A stretch of DNA of 64,000 bases from Fibrobacterales bacterium (GTDB taxonomy: Bacteria > Fibrobacterota > Fibrobacteria > Fibrobacterales > JAOPTW01), in the NCBI GenBank assembly GCA_051532055.1, contig JAOPTX010000037.1, positions 32,001 to 96,000 of the forward strand, written 5' to 3'. The notes beneath the pieces are model-generated. The model worked only from the letters and a program-made list of their open reading frames with translations. It searched no databases and had not been told where the DNA came from. A program made the position numbers and the translations under genes. Below, piece by piece: positions 7,701 through 16,588 of the stretch. Every line of letters begins with the position of its first letter. Positions within the stretch are counted from its first letter, which is position 1.

Positions 7701-9421
7701 GCATACTCATTAATTCCTCCATCAAATCCTAGAATACCCACCTGACTTAATCTATCCATATGTAAGACGTAATAATACAGTTCTTCTTGTAAGGACAGTA
7801 TATAAGGAGCCATGGAATGACTCTCATCTATGGCAAAGAGTACAGAACGTTTTTCTCTTGTTTGGGTTACCCTAAATTCATTAATACGTGTTTGCCTTGT
7901 TTCTATTTGGCTACTATCGCTATGCGCTTGCCAGACCTTAAGTCTATCACTATCAACCTGAGGGATAATCTGACCTGTTAATGAATCGATAATGGTAAAG
8001 TCAAAACAAATATCAGGAAAGTGATAACTGTTCACCTCCTTAATAAAAATATATGGCTGCACCGTTGTATCTGTATTGTAGACGGCTTGTAGGAGCGCAT
8101 CTGATTGTATTGCAATTGAAATTGAATCATTTTCAGGTAAACCACGCAAATGTGTTGTAGTAGAATCAATTATCCAGTGCTTAAAGATATACCCTAAATA
8201 AGGGAACGCTTTTAGGGATGCGGTATCGCCATCGAACATTGAAAATGTAGAACTCGGCTGTATTGTTCCCTGTTTTGAATCCACAACGACCGAGTTACCC
8301 ACCTCATATGACAGGGTAACTGAATCTATAAAAGAACTCTGCTGAGGTCTAAATAATGCGATGTATACCCATTCACCATTCTGTACTATGGGAATTTCAA
8401 ATTCAACGGAGTCTCCTTGTGGACTTACCCTAAATTGCTGATTAAAAAGTCTATCATTTTTGTAATAGGCCAAAGACATTAGGTCACCTCCTCCTCCTTC
8501 TGCCTTTATTCTCATTGGTTTACCAATGCCCTCAATATAAAATGCTATCATTTCTGATTGTGTGGAATCTTCGACAAATCCATGAGTACTCCACTCATAC
8601 GATACCGGTTGACTCGTTATAGGGTATAGACTTTTTAAATCATACTGTACAGCAATAACTGCGTCATTTTGAAGTGTGACACTCGGATTAAAAGAATGTG
8701 TTCCATCAATGGTTACCATACCTGACTGAGTAACCCATTCAATATTCTTTAGATCATTTCGTTTAAGAGGAGTGTTAATAACAGTCGGTACGTTTTGCGG
8801 AATAAAAAGGGAATCAATAAACATTCCTGAACTATCAACTATAGTAAGTTTTGCAAGGGGGTTAAAATGGGCATTGATTTCAGCATTACCAGAAAGAACA
8901 GCTGAAGTTTTTGCTGAAAATGGGTCTGATAGTACAATTCCAGAACCTCCAGTCGTGACACTCCAATGTGAAAATACATAACGGCGATCTGCTCGAGCTA
9001 TTATTTGCGTATCTATTCCATGCTTCAATCCTTGCAAAAAGGAATCTACAACCTCGCCCCCCAAAGAAGTGGTGAGAGTCAGAGAATACGTATTATAAAA
9101 ATGCGCTTCAAAGGTGATTTTGGGTACGGTAAATAGAGCGGTAACTTCTGTGACTTTTGTAAATGAGTTTTTAATAGATGATTGATCAGGAATCTTGGAG
9201 TTCCAATGAGAAAATACAAATCCATTATTGCTATCTGGAAATGCTTCCAATTGAATCCAAGTATCTCTTTCTGCCGAATCCAGTTGAGGGACAACGGTTC
9301 CTCCTCCTTGAGCTAAAGTACCATTTATATATGCATACGTTTCAACCACAAACGTATCAGCTTGAACCAGTATAGTGCATAATAAAAGCACTATAACTAC
9401 TCTCAACCAGCATATATTCAA
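4766..9421 (-). CDS. Large secreted multidomain protein: divergent InlB-B-like repeats, vWA domain, Ig-like domains, Fibrobacter-type C-terminal domain
   Basis: Signal peptide; GFVFSHW/YVFSHW/GYIFKHW repeats; MIDAS-like FAIDESHSM...TNT.DG..IIADG; C-terminal IYTMQG...WNVRGQDARKVGTGVYIW. Confidence 0.75.
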   Translation of the reverse strand: MNICWLRVVIVLLLCTILVQADTFVVETYAYINGTLAQGGGTVVPQLDSAERDTWIQLEAFPDSNNGFVFSHWNSKIPDQSSIKNSFTKVTEVTALFTVPKITFEAHFYNTYSLTLTTSLGGEVVDSFLQGLKHGIDTQIIARADRRYVFSHWSVTTGGSGIVLSDPFSAKTSAVLSGNAEINAHFNPLAKLTIVDSSGMFIDSLFIPQNVPTVINTPLKRNDLKNIEWVTQSGMVTIDGTHSFNPSVTLQNDAVIAVQYDLKSLYPITSQPVSYEWSTHGFVEDSTQSEMIAFYIEGIGKPMRIKAEGGGGDLMSLAYYKNDRLFNQQFRVSPQGDSVEFEIPIVQNGEWVYIALFRPQQSSFIDSVTLSYEVGNSVVVDSKQGTIQPSSTFSMFDGDTASLKAFPYLGYIFKHWIIDSTTTHLRGLPENDSISIAIQSDALLQAVYNTDTTVQPYIFIKEVNSYHFPDICFDFTIIDSLTGQIIPQVDSDRLKVWQAHSDSSQIETRQTRINEFRVTQTREKRSVLFAIDESHSMAPYILSLQEELYYYVLHMDRLSQVGILGFDGGINEYAPVTADTTLLNKAVAELSTTLNNKTNTIDGVYAAIESLKGNVGEKVIYIIADGSGSVNLHHISDIRDSAVKYDIALYAFWLEHSMGTVWDSVAPLTGGAVIKNIPRNSLFNQLSLIENSLYNDYRLCYRSPDTLSNGDRYNISLETVLSVSGQEGKDTTEWIENDKNLSVTLTSATDSLLRSSVPVWQNILIGVHISSGEPIVSAQLFYRTTGSIFYDVIELQLQSGELFEATIPYYSAVKPGVDFYVAVSTLDNQNVYAPYTKLGYPVQRYPYYIAIENSPPTVVTNVKNCYVRGANEFLISGSVVDPEGVTSLELRYQFDQSPLLQSRLVNIQSDGSFNYSISLHDSLPLEYQFTSRDGYSAQGNYPLSGFMRHEQCPTIASPVATLLNAEQGSSTLFNDSAQIYFSLNGYSIDDSVEIQYTILGVDSLEDSNLIIFPGDTLTLNSAGTLYFYSLSSSNRYSPSAIDSIVFYQISKLAKPTINTSSILQGDTFLYKDSLFILSWSIDSLVDSATIFAELLDSTGQWSALPFHGLELNKRFNTSLMGTARFYMKAPLLLPSDTLTFILHQIPDTIPGGDPIVVPDLIPQGGSSQEEDLVSSHYENESSSSEKGVTFTSWIIDRNGDGAGETVYIKTIDGMFTFSAVTPAILFYKGSDSARTIVPYSIKKDASGMRLDLSTEQSELVFESSLQQSPLYLQVPPEWNSIGAVQFVVINDSVSPIITGVERIPGQGKHEGIEKIKRWDHFIFRFSKPMNTTTMNTEVFNESFYFNETCNTQPDSHEQKPLKFMSISPLDSSNSQWYVRFDDGVEPLVGGCIGIKATQSIRDVNGNSILKQLVKVNGIQRNGVLEIGIFPSVLSLSGELDEPTEFYEEMPVDSLRGGQFGLTLACDSSFSSEVYIYTMQGTFVHHMSYSYVNDSLDLHHERGNYGAMHYLFWNVRGQDARKVGTGVYIWRVIIRYGSGMRERYMLKSGLIR

Positions 9422-9656
9422 TCTAAATTGATCCCTATGAACAATAATGGATGGATTCAGTGCTTCCAGATTGTAGTACTGGACCCATCACGTACCTGGA
9501 TTGTATTAAAACTACTTCAATCAAAGCGATCATTGGGCTCTTTTATGCTGAAAGGGGGTGCTTAAGTAAATTATCCATTACATAGTGCACCACTCTTTAT
9601 AATAAACAGCCAAATTAGTATAATTTGCTCAGTTTCCTTAACGCAGTCCTTTTACT

Positions 9657-10271
9657 ATGATTCGTACTTATTATTGGGTAGTTGCAATAGCATTATTACT
9701 CTCACCACTTGAACTCTTTGCTGACCAACTGAACATTACCGGCGGCTATAGTTTCTATTCACCATTTAATGCAGAAAGAGATCAAGCGGATAATATTACC
9801 CAATCCATTGAATCTGAGTTAGAGCCTTCATATCTTGTAGACATACACTATGTATTTTATTCACTCGATCGTTTTACTGTGAATCAATTTATCTATTTTG
9901 GTGCAGGATTTCAGGTCTCAGCTCCTTTTGCATTTAAAAATTCAATAAATATGGATGCCCTCTTTATACCAATCTATGTTTCACTCAATGGAGAGAGTCG
10001 TAAAAGAGCTGCAGTTAAACCAGTACTGAGAACAAAAATTGGCTACAATCACCTTCTGAACTATGGAGATGTTATAAACAGAGGCTGGGGCAATATATTT
10101 GGTTCCTTATCACTCGAAGCCAAATGGTTTAATATGGTCTCTACAGGTATAGATATGAGCGCAAAACGATTCGAATATCAGACAAACGCTTCTGAAGATC
10201 AATCAGTAACTAATATTCATGCAACAATATATTCAGTGAGCGCATATTTCAGCATTTGCATAACCCTATAA
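9657..10271 (+). CDS. Putative small outer-membrane beta-barrel protein
   Basis: Signal peptide and alternating amphipathic, aromatic-rich strands (YFGAGFQ, IPIYVSL, KIGYN, YSVSAYF). Confidence 0.5.
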   Translation: MIRTYYWVVAIALLLSPLELFADQLNITGGYSFYSPFNAERDQADNITQSIESELEPSYLVDIHYVFYSLDRFTVNQFIYFGAGFQVSAPFAFKNSINMDALFIPIYVSLNGESRKRAAVKPVLRTKIGYNHLLNYGDVINRGWGNIFGSLSLEAKWFNMVSTGIDMSAKRFEYQTNASEDQSVTNIHATIYSVSAYFSICITL

Positions 10272-10279
10272 AGGTACTT

Positions 10280-10543
10280 ATGAGTAACTCAAAATCATTG
10301 ACCCTTCATGAAATGGCAAATCAATTTATTGAACTAGCTAATATGCTTGTAGAACAAAATGGACAAAAAGTTCATGATGTTGGTGCAGCAATGCGTTACG
10401 CGACTGCACGTATGAATGCTCATGAGTTTACTCATTTCTCGAAAACACCACTTGCAGAAAAACCACAAGCAATCCGTTGGTTTACCGATCAATATCAAAC
10501 CGATCTTAATCAAATTATCGAAGATATTATTCAAAACATGTAA
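10280..10543 (+). CDS. DUF3144-like protein
   Basis: MANQFIELAN...VGAAMRYA.ARMNA...WF..QY...L pattern; ATG at 10280. Confidence 0.75.
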   Translation: MSNSKSLTLHEMANQFIELANMLVEQNGQKVHDVGAAMRYATARMNAHEFTHFSKTPLAEKPQAIRWFTDQYQTDLNQIIEDIIQNM

Positions 10544-10546
10544 CGT

Positions 10547-10966
10547 ATGTGGATCCAAAAAGAATTTCAGCTGAGTCCCCGCCCCCGTGGTTTTCACCTC
10601 ATCACTCGTGATATTCTAGCAGCAATTCCCGAGCTGACAAATTTTTCTGTTGGTCTCGTCCACATACTTATTAAACACACATCCGCCTCACTCACCATAA
10701 ATGAAAACGCTGACCCTACGGTGCGTATCGATTTTGAATCACATTTTAATCGATCCATACCTGAACGTCAACCTTACTATCAGCACGACTATGAGGGTGA
10801 CGATGATATGCCTGCTCATCTCAAATCGAGCACTCTCGGTTCTAGTATTACTATCCCTATTACAAATGGCCATTTGAATTTGGGAACGTGGCAAGGTATT
10901 TACTTAGGGGAACATAGAGATCATGGAGCCAGTAGATCCATTGTAATGACTCTGCATGGGGAGTAA
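10547..10966 (+). CDS. yjbQ: YjbQ/UPF0047 family protein (secondary thiamine-phosphate synthase-like)
   Basis: HTSASLTINENADPTV, H.YEG.DDMPAHLKS, LGTWQGIYLGEHR. Confidence 0.93.
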   Translation: MWIQKEFQLSPRPRGFHLITRDILAAIPELTNFSVGLVHILIKHTSASLTINENADPTVRIDFESHFNRSIPERQPYYQHDYEGDDDMPAHLKSSTLGSSITIPITNGHLNLGTWQGIYLGEHRDHGASRSIVMTLHGE

Positions 10967-11182
10967 TCCATAATTCTCTTAGCTAAAACAACACTCTTTT
11001 TAGTCTTTCATTACAGATTTAGCCTTTGAGTCTTATAAAAATGGTCACTCGCTTACAAATTAAATAGTACGATCTTGATTCTTCAATTTCTGTATATTTT
11101 AATTTTACAAACCCGTTAAATTCCAGTCAAAATCCCTAAAAAGTTTATTATTTTGAATTTATAATTTTATCTGAGTATTATA

Positions 11183-13450
11183 ATGGAGTCGACTGTGACT
11201 GAATCTACAGAACTATTACCAGGGGTGTCACCTCTTAAGCCTAAATGGCACGACTACACCACACTTACTCAAGAAGAGATCGATGTATTTGAAAATAAAA
11301 ACATCCATGACCCCTTCTCGATACTAGGCCAGCACGTTAAAGATACCTCTGAAGGCAAAGTTAATGTTATTCGCGTTATGCATCCGACAGCATATTTTGT
11401 TATTGGTCATAATACAGAAAATAATAGCAGTTTTGACTTTATCAAACTCGGTGACTCAGGCTTTTTTGAAGCAACACTTCCTTACAACGAATATTTCTAT
11501 TCCTATGAGTTAGAAATATTTATGACTGACTCAGAAAGCTACATGCAAAAAGACCCTTATTGCCATGAACCTATCATTAGTGAATTTGACATGCACTTGT
11601 TTAATCAGGGCACTCACTATGAGCTGTATAACATCCTTGGAGCAAACCAAGTAACACACCAAGGTGTTACGGGAATTCTCTTTGCAGTATGGGCTCCTAA
11701 TGCACAATCGGTGTCTGTCGTTGGTAATTTTAATAGTTGGGATGGCCGTAGAAACCCAATGCGTATAAGAAACCATGGTATATGGGAACTCTTTATCCCT
11801 GAACTCCCTGCTGGAGAATTTTACAAATACGAGATTCGCAGTTGTTTTGGTGAAATGATGGTCAAAATTGACCCTTATGCAAAATTTAGTGAACTCAGAC
11901 CCAATCAAGCATCGGTAGTGGTTGGTCCAAGCACCTACCAATGGAATGACCAGGATTGGCTTACACAACATACAGGATCAGATTTTGTAAATCAACCTAT
12001 GAGTATCTATGAGGTGCACCTCGCATCATGGAGACAAAAACAGAATGGTGATTTCTACCAGTATGAAGATTTTATAAATGAGCTCATCCCTTATGTACGC
12101 GAGCATGGATTTACTCATATTGAACTCATGCCTCTTGCTGAGCACCCACTTGATCAATCATGGGGATACCAAGTAACCGGTTATTACTCACCAACTGCAC
12201 GCTATGGCAGCCCAGAAGAACTCAAAAGATTTATTGATGCATGTCACGCCAATAATATTGGAATTATTCTTGACTGGGTACCTGCCCACTTTCCAAAAGA
12301 TGCTCATGCACTCGGAAAATTTGATGGTACCGCACTCTATGAACATGCTGACTCTCGCCAAGGTGAACACCCTGATTGGGGAACCTACATATTTAACTAC
12401 GGTCGTACTGAGGTATCAAACTTTCTTATTGCCAATGCGCTCTACTGGCTTAAAGAATTCCATATAGATGGTCTTCGCGTTGACGCTGTTGCTTCAATGT
12501 TGTACCTCGATTATGGTCGTGAACATGGCCAATGGGTTCCAAATAAATATGGTGATAATATCAATATCGAAGCCCTTGATTTTACTAAACACCTCAACAG
12601 CATTATACGTCAAGAAGCTCCTCATGCACTTATGGTTGCAGAAGAGTCAACATCATATCCAAGTATAACCAAACCCCCTGAGCATGATGGGTTAGGTTAT
12701 CATTACAAATGGAATATGGGTTGGATGAATGACTTTCTCTACTATATTGAAAAAGAGCCCATTCATAGACAATTTCATCAAAACGAACTCACCTTTGCAA
12801 TGCTCTACGCATTTACCGAAAACTTTTGGCTTGTGTTGTCTCATGACGAAGTAGTACATGGCAAAGGTTCAATGATTAATAAAATGCCTGGTGATGATTG
12901 GCAAAAATTTGCAAACCTCCGTCTCACCTATGGCTTTATGTTTGCACATCCCGGTAAAAAGCTCCTCTTTATGGGTTCGGAATTTGGGCAATATCATGAG
13001 TGGAATGCCGACCAAGGGCTTGATTGGCACATTATTGATGATGGAAAACATTCTCAGATTCAATCAGTTATCAAGAACTTGAATAGTATTTATACTCAAT
13101 CAAATTGCTTATGGGAGATTGAAGACTCCTATGAAGGATTCGAATGGCTTGAGTGCGATAATGCTGCTGATTCAATTGTTGCTTTTGCTCGAAAAGGGAA
13201 AGATCAAAATGATATGATCATTGCGATTTTTAACTTCACTCCTGTTCCAAGAGATTCTTATCAATTTGGTGTTCCAAAACCTGGGTACTATGAAGAGATT
13301 TTTAACTCTGACTCAGAACTTTTTGGTGGAAGTAATATGGGTAATGATGGTGGAAAGCAGAGTATTCCAGAAGGGAAAGGGCATTTTGGACAAAGTATAG
13401 ATGTATGCCTCCCACCACTATCTGCAACATATTACCGGTATCACCCATAA
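11183..13450 (+). CDS. glgB: 1,4-alpha-glucan branching enzyme (GH13_9)
   Basis: FAVWAPNA, IYEVHLASW, SWGYQVTG, DWVPAHFP, DGLRVDAVASMLY, AEESTS, LSHDEVVHGK. Confidence 0.97.
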   Translation: MESTVTESTELLPGVSPLKPKWHDYTTLTQEEIDVFENKNIHDPFSILGQHVKDTSEGKVNVIRVMHPTAYFVIGHNTENNSSFDFIKLGDSGFFEATLPYNEYFYSYELEIFMTDSESYMQKDPYCHEPIISEFDMHLFNQGTHYELYNILGANQVTHQGVTGILFAVWAPNAQSVSVVGNFNSWDGRRNPMRIRNHGIWELFIPELPAGEFYKYEIRSCFGEMMVKIDPYAKFSELRPNQASVVVGPSTYQWNDQDWLTQHTGSDFVNQPMSIYEVHLASWRQKQNGDFYQYEDFINELIPYVREHGFTHIELMPLAEHPLDQSWGYQVTGYYSPTARYGSPEELKRFIDACHANNIGIILDWVPAHFPKDAHALGKFDGTALYEHADSRQGEHPDWGTYIFNYGRTEVSNFLIANALYWLKEFHIDGLRVDAVASMLYLDYGREHGQWVPNKYGDNINIEALDFTKHLNSIIRQEAPHALMVAEESTSYPSITKPPEHDGLGYHYKWNMGWMNDFLYYIEKEPIHRQFHQNELTFAMLYAFTENFWLVLSHDEVVHGKGSMINKMPGDDWQKFANLRLTYGFMFAHPGKKLLFMGSEFGQYHEWNADQGLDWHIIDDGKHSQIQSVIKNLNSIYTQSNCLWEIEDSYEGFEWLECDNAADSIVAFARKGKDQNDMIIAIFNFTPVPRDSYQFGVPKPGYYEEIFNSDSELFGGSNMGNDGGKQSIPEGKGHFGQSIDVCLPPLSATYYRYHP

Positions 13451-13494
13451 GAATTAGTATGTAATTTGACTCTTTTTTTAACTTTTAGCGAATT

Positions 13495-13528
13495 AAACGC
13501 CCCATTTATTTGAAATGGGGCGTTTTTT
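13495..13528 (+). terminator. Rho-independent terminator of glgB
   Basis: AAACGCCCCATTT-ATTTG-AAATGGGGCGTTT plus T run. Confidence 0.8.
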
Positions 13529-13581
13529 CTTATATTAAAGGTATAATAAGTGTAACCCGAACCATATCGGAGTATCATTCA

Positions 13582-13836
13582 ATGAAAAGATTACTATCTC
13601 ACGCCCTTAAAGCAGTTACAGTAGGATTAATCCTCGTTGCAGTAGGGTGTACAAAAATGCCTTCTCCTGAAGACCTTGATAAGCTTGACCAACAAAAATC
13701 TGCAGCAGATGCAGCAGAACAAAAAGTAGTTGAGCTTGAACGTCAAAAAGCAACCCTCCAACAAGAGTTAGCTGATGTACAGGCACTTCTTACACAACAT
13801 GAACAAGAGTTTGCAGAACTCAAAAACAGAAAATAG
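13582..13836 (+). CDS. Small coiled-coil lipoprotein ending in Lys (Lpp/OprI-like architecture)
   Basis: GGAG SD, ATG 13582, lipobox AVGC, continuous heptads, C-terminus ...LKNRK. Confidence 0.75.
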   Translation: MKRLLSHALKAVTVGLILVAVGCTKMPSPEDLDKLDQQKSAADAAEQKVVELERQKATLQQELADVQALLTQHEQEFAELKNRK

Positions 13837-13844
13837 GAGACGTG

Positions 13845-14510
13845 ATGACATTATTTAAAAGTATACTTACTGCTACTCTTCTTATTGCTGCTACAAATAG
13901 TTTTGCACAAGAAGAGATGACCTATGACCAGTACCTTGTTGAGCTTAAAAAAGAGCAAGATAGAGAAGGCGCTGCGAAACAACAGATCGACCAACTTGAG
14001 AAAGATATCGCTGATCTTCAAGGGCAACTCACCAATAGTAAAAGTCAAATTGAATCACTCTGGCAAGAGATGCTCGATTTTGTTGGTATTACTCAAGAAG
14101 AATTTGACACATTTGCTCAAAAAATCGATGACCTTACTATGCAGATTCAAGGCTTTGAATCTGAGTACTCTGAAATGCTTGCAGAGTGGAGTAAACAGCT
14201 CAATATGGCAGATACAGAAGTTGAATCAATCAAAGCAAGTACGATTGCAATTTTTCCACGTCTCGATGGTAAAATCACTGGTCTTGAAGATGCACTTCTC
14301 GCATCTAAAGAAGCTCGTGCAGCAATGCGTGGTAACACCTATACTGTTCGGCTCATACCAGAACGCCGCGACTGTCTCTGGAGAATTGCAGAAAACGATG
14401 AAATTTATGGCGATGCATTTAAATGGCCACAGATATATTCAGCAAATAAAGATCAGATCAACGACCCTGACCTCATCTTTCCAGGTCAAGAGCTCGTAAT
14501 TCCACAGTAA
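13845..14510 (+). CDS. Secreted coiled-coil protein with C-terminal LysM domain
   Basis: Signal peptide, long acidic coiled coil, YTV...DCLWRIA...YGD...WPQIYSANKDQINDPDLIFPGQEL.IP. Confidence 0.9.
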   Translation: MTLFKSILTATLLIAATNSFAQEEMTYDQYLVELKKEQDREGAAKQQIDQLEKDIADLQGQLTNSKSQIESLWQEMLDFVGITQEEFDTFAQKIDDLTMQIQGFESEYSEMLAEWSKQLNMADTEVESIKASTIAIFPRLDGKITGLEDALLASKEARAAMRGNTYTVRLIPERRDCLWRIAENDEIYGDAFKWPQIYSANKDQINDPDLIFPGQELVIPQ

Positions 14511-14523
14511 ATTATAAGACTTA

Positions 14524-14559
14524 AAAAAAGCCCCTGAGAATATTCTCAGGGGCTTTTTT
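14524..14559. terminator. Bidirectional terminator between convergent genes
   Basis: Perfect 36-bp palindrome AAAAAAGCCCCTGAGAAT|ATTCTCAGGGGCTTTTTT. Confidence 0.9.
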
Positions 14560-14594
14560 ATTTTAAGCAGGGATGATTCAAATAGTGTGTAGAT

Positions 14595-15569
14595 TTAGCG
14601 ACTTAAAATACTTTTTAAAGTAGGAACACTTTCACACTGAGAAAGAATTGTTTTTAAGACCAATAGCCCTGGCTGCAGGTGTTTTTTGTACTCTACCTTT
14701 CCTTTGGTGTCGGACAAAAATGAGTAGGCGCCACAGGCCTGCATAACTCTTTGAAGCGACGCTTCAATAAATTCTTTATAAAAATGTGCATAGCTTAGCT
14801 CTATATGTGCTGTTTTATAGTAGTAGCGCACCAATTGATCAACCATTTCTATTGAATGAGAACAATATGGGTCCCAAACCAATGAGGCGAGGTCATAGCA
14901 ATAACTCCCCATTCTCGCCCCTTGATAATCTATCAATACAACCTCATTCTCCGATATCATAATATTTTGAGATTGGAAATCTCGGTGCATGAACACTTTT
15001 TTATGAGCATCGACTGACCGTGCTAAGTCAATGCATTCACACCGGTGATTACGCCGCTCACTATCACTTAAACACTCATAAACCGTAAGATAATTTTCGG
15101 TAAAATAGCCCGTCTCCCATTCAAGCATTTCTTGGTCAAACACTTTCGGCTCAGAGATCATATCAACCGTTATAGGAGTATTTTGCAGTAGTATCAACGC
15201 ATCTATAGCCCGTTTGAATTGATCGGCATCCTGAAGGTGTTGCCAATTATCCCAGAGTGTTACCGTACCCAAATCTTCTATCAGTATTTGAGCATCGTCG
15301 CTATTCACCACATAGAGCTCGGGAACCCGTACACCACTTTTTTGCAATAGGTGAGTAATCTCAATAAATCGGTTAAAATCAGAATCAACTTCTGGAGCCT
15401 GCATTAACACATAACTCATGGATTCACTGGGGATTCTATAATAGAGCCGACTTGAAGCAGCTTGCCCGGCAAGAGAAAGCTCAGTGGGAACACTCACTCC
15501 TTGTTGCTCTAAGTAATAAGCGATCTCCTTGGAGACGACACTAGAACGATTTGTTTCTATAGCTGCCAT
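14595..15569 (-). CDS. amgK: Anomeric MurNAc/GlcNAc kinase, AmgK-like (APH family)
   Basis: AS.R.YYR, EDLG, HRDFQSQNI, IDYQGA, YDLASL, LQR...A.G.Y; coupled to a nucleotidyltransferase. Confidence 0.8.
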   Translation of the reverse strand: MAAIETNRSSVVSKEIAYYLEQQGVSVPTELSLAGQAASSRLYYRIPSESMSYVLMQAPEVDSDFNRFIEITHLLQKSGVRVPELYVVNSDDAQILIEDLGTVTLWDNWQHLQDADQFKRAIDALILLQNTPITVDMISEPKVFDQEMLEWETGYFTENYLTVYECLSDSERRNHRCECIDLARSVDAHKKVFMHRDFQSQNIMISENEVVLIDYQGARMGSYCYDLASLVWDPYCSHSIEMVDQLVRYYYKTAHIELSYAHFYKEFIEASLQRVMQACGAYSFLSDTKGKVEYKKHLQPGLLVLKTILSQCESVPTLKSILSR

Positions 15570-16387
15570 GCGATTCCTTCACCCACAATTGCCTTGTCGT
15601 ATTCATCTCCCGAAAGTGTTGTGCCATCTAGGATAATTGAATCTTTAATAGAAACGTCATCGAGAAGTTGAACACTCTCCCCTACTAAAGAGCCATTTAC
15701 TAAAGGAGTTCCTATTTTGTTCGCACGATCAAAGGAAGCTTCATAAAGACCTTGTGGTGTCCCAATATCAATCCACACTGTTCCATTATTATCCAGTGCT
15801 CTACCAAACTTACCCTTTGTTGCTGCACTTTTCCAAAAAGAGACAATGCTAAAATGTTCTTTATTAATATCAGCAAGAGCCTCCTTTGAATACCAAGAAA
15901 CTCCTGAAAATGTTTTTAGGAAGCTGGTCTCTTTTGCTGAATAGACCTTACGCACTCCGGTGACCATATTTTCAGTCACTTCAACACTATTAAACTGTTC
16001 ATTATCTATGAGCAACAAAGAATAGTAGGATTCCTGCGCCTCTGATACAAATTTTTGTAAATCAAAATCGTGGTAAATATCACAGTTTATGACCAAGAGA
16101 TCATCTGTGTATCCCTCATTATACATTCTATGGAGTGGCCCACCCGTTCCTAAAATTTCTGGTTCAAAAAAGACCTTTTGAATAGGCAGTTCAGTCGCAA
16201 AAGTATGCAGCTCTTCAGCAAGGTGATGAGTATTAATACACATATTGGAGTACTTTAATTCTGAGCACCCCTCTATTTGAATCTCAAGCCCTGTTTTATC
16301 GGCAATTTTAACCATAGGCTTAGGAATTCTATCAGTCAGTGGGGCAAGTCGTGAGCCATACCCTGCACAGAGTATCAATACATTCAT
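15557..16387 (-). CDS. murU: Sugar-phosphate nucleotidyltransferase, MurU-like
   Basis: ILCAGYGSRLAPLTDRIPKP, INTHHL, EILGTGG, INCDI, WIDIGTP; adjacent to amgK-like gene. Confidence 0.75.
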   Translation of the reverse strand: MNVLILCAGYGSRLAPLTDRIPKPMVKIADKTGLEIQIEGCSELKYSNMCINTHHLAEELHTFATELPIQKVFFEPEILGTGGPLHRMYNEGYTDDLLVINCDIYHDFDLQKFVSEAQESYYSLLLIDNEQFNSVEVTENMVTGVRKVYSAKETSFLKTFSGVSWYSKEALADINKEHFSIVSFWKSAATKGKFGRALDNNGTVWIDIGTPQGLYEASFDRANKIGTPLVNGSLVGESVQLLDDVSIKDSIILDGTTLSGDEYDKAIVGEGIAWQL

Positions 16388-16588
16388 TATTTCTCCAACG
16401 TTTTAAAAGGTCTCCATCTCTACACTCAAAAATAACATTGCAGGTTAAGATCGAGGTAATTTATCCAGAAAATAACACTTCTGGACTCGATATAGAAAAA
16501 AGACTTCATTGTAAAAATAAACCACTTTTTCTTTTACATAATGCATATTTTAAATATCGGGTAGTAAAGGAATAGTTGGTCAGGAACA

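Noticed and set aside
13924..14499. 191-aa alternative-frame ORF within the LysM gene (also antisense ORFs in glgB, guaA and GH9)
   Set aside because: Overlaps well-supported genes and lacks motifs; a codon-bias shadow
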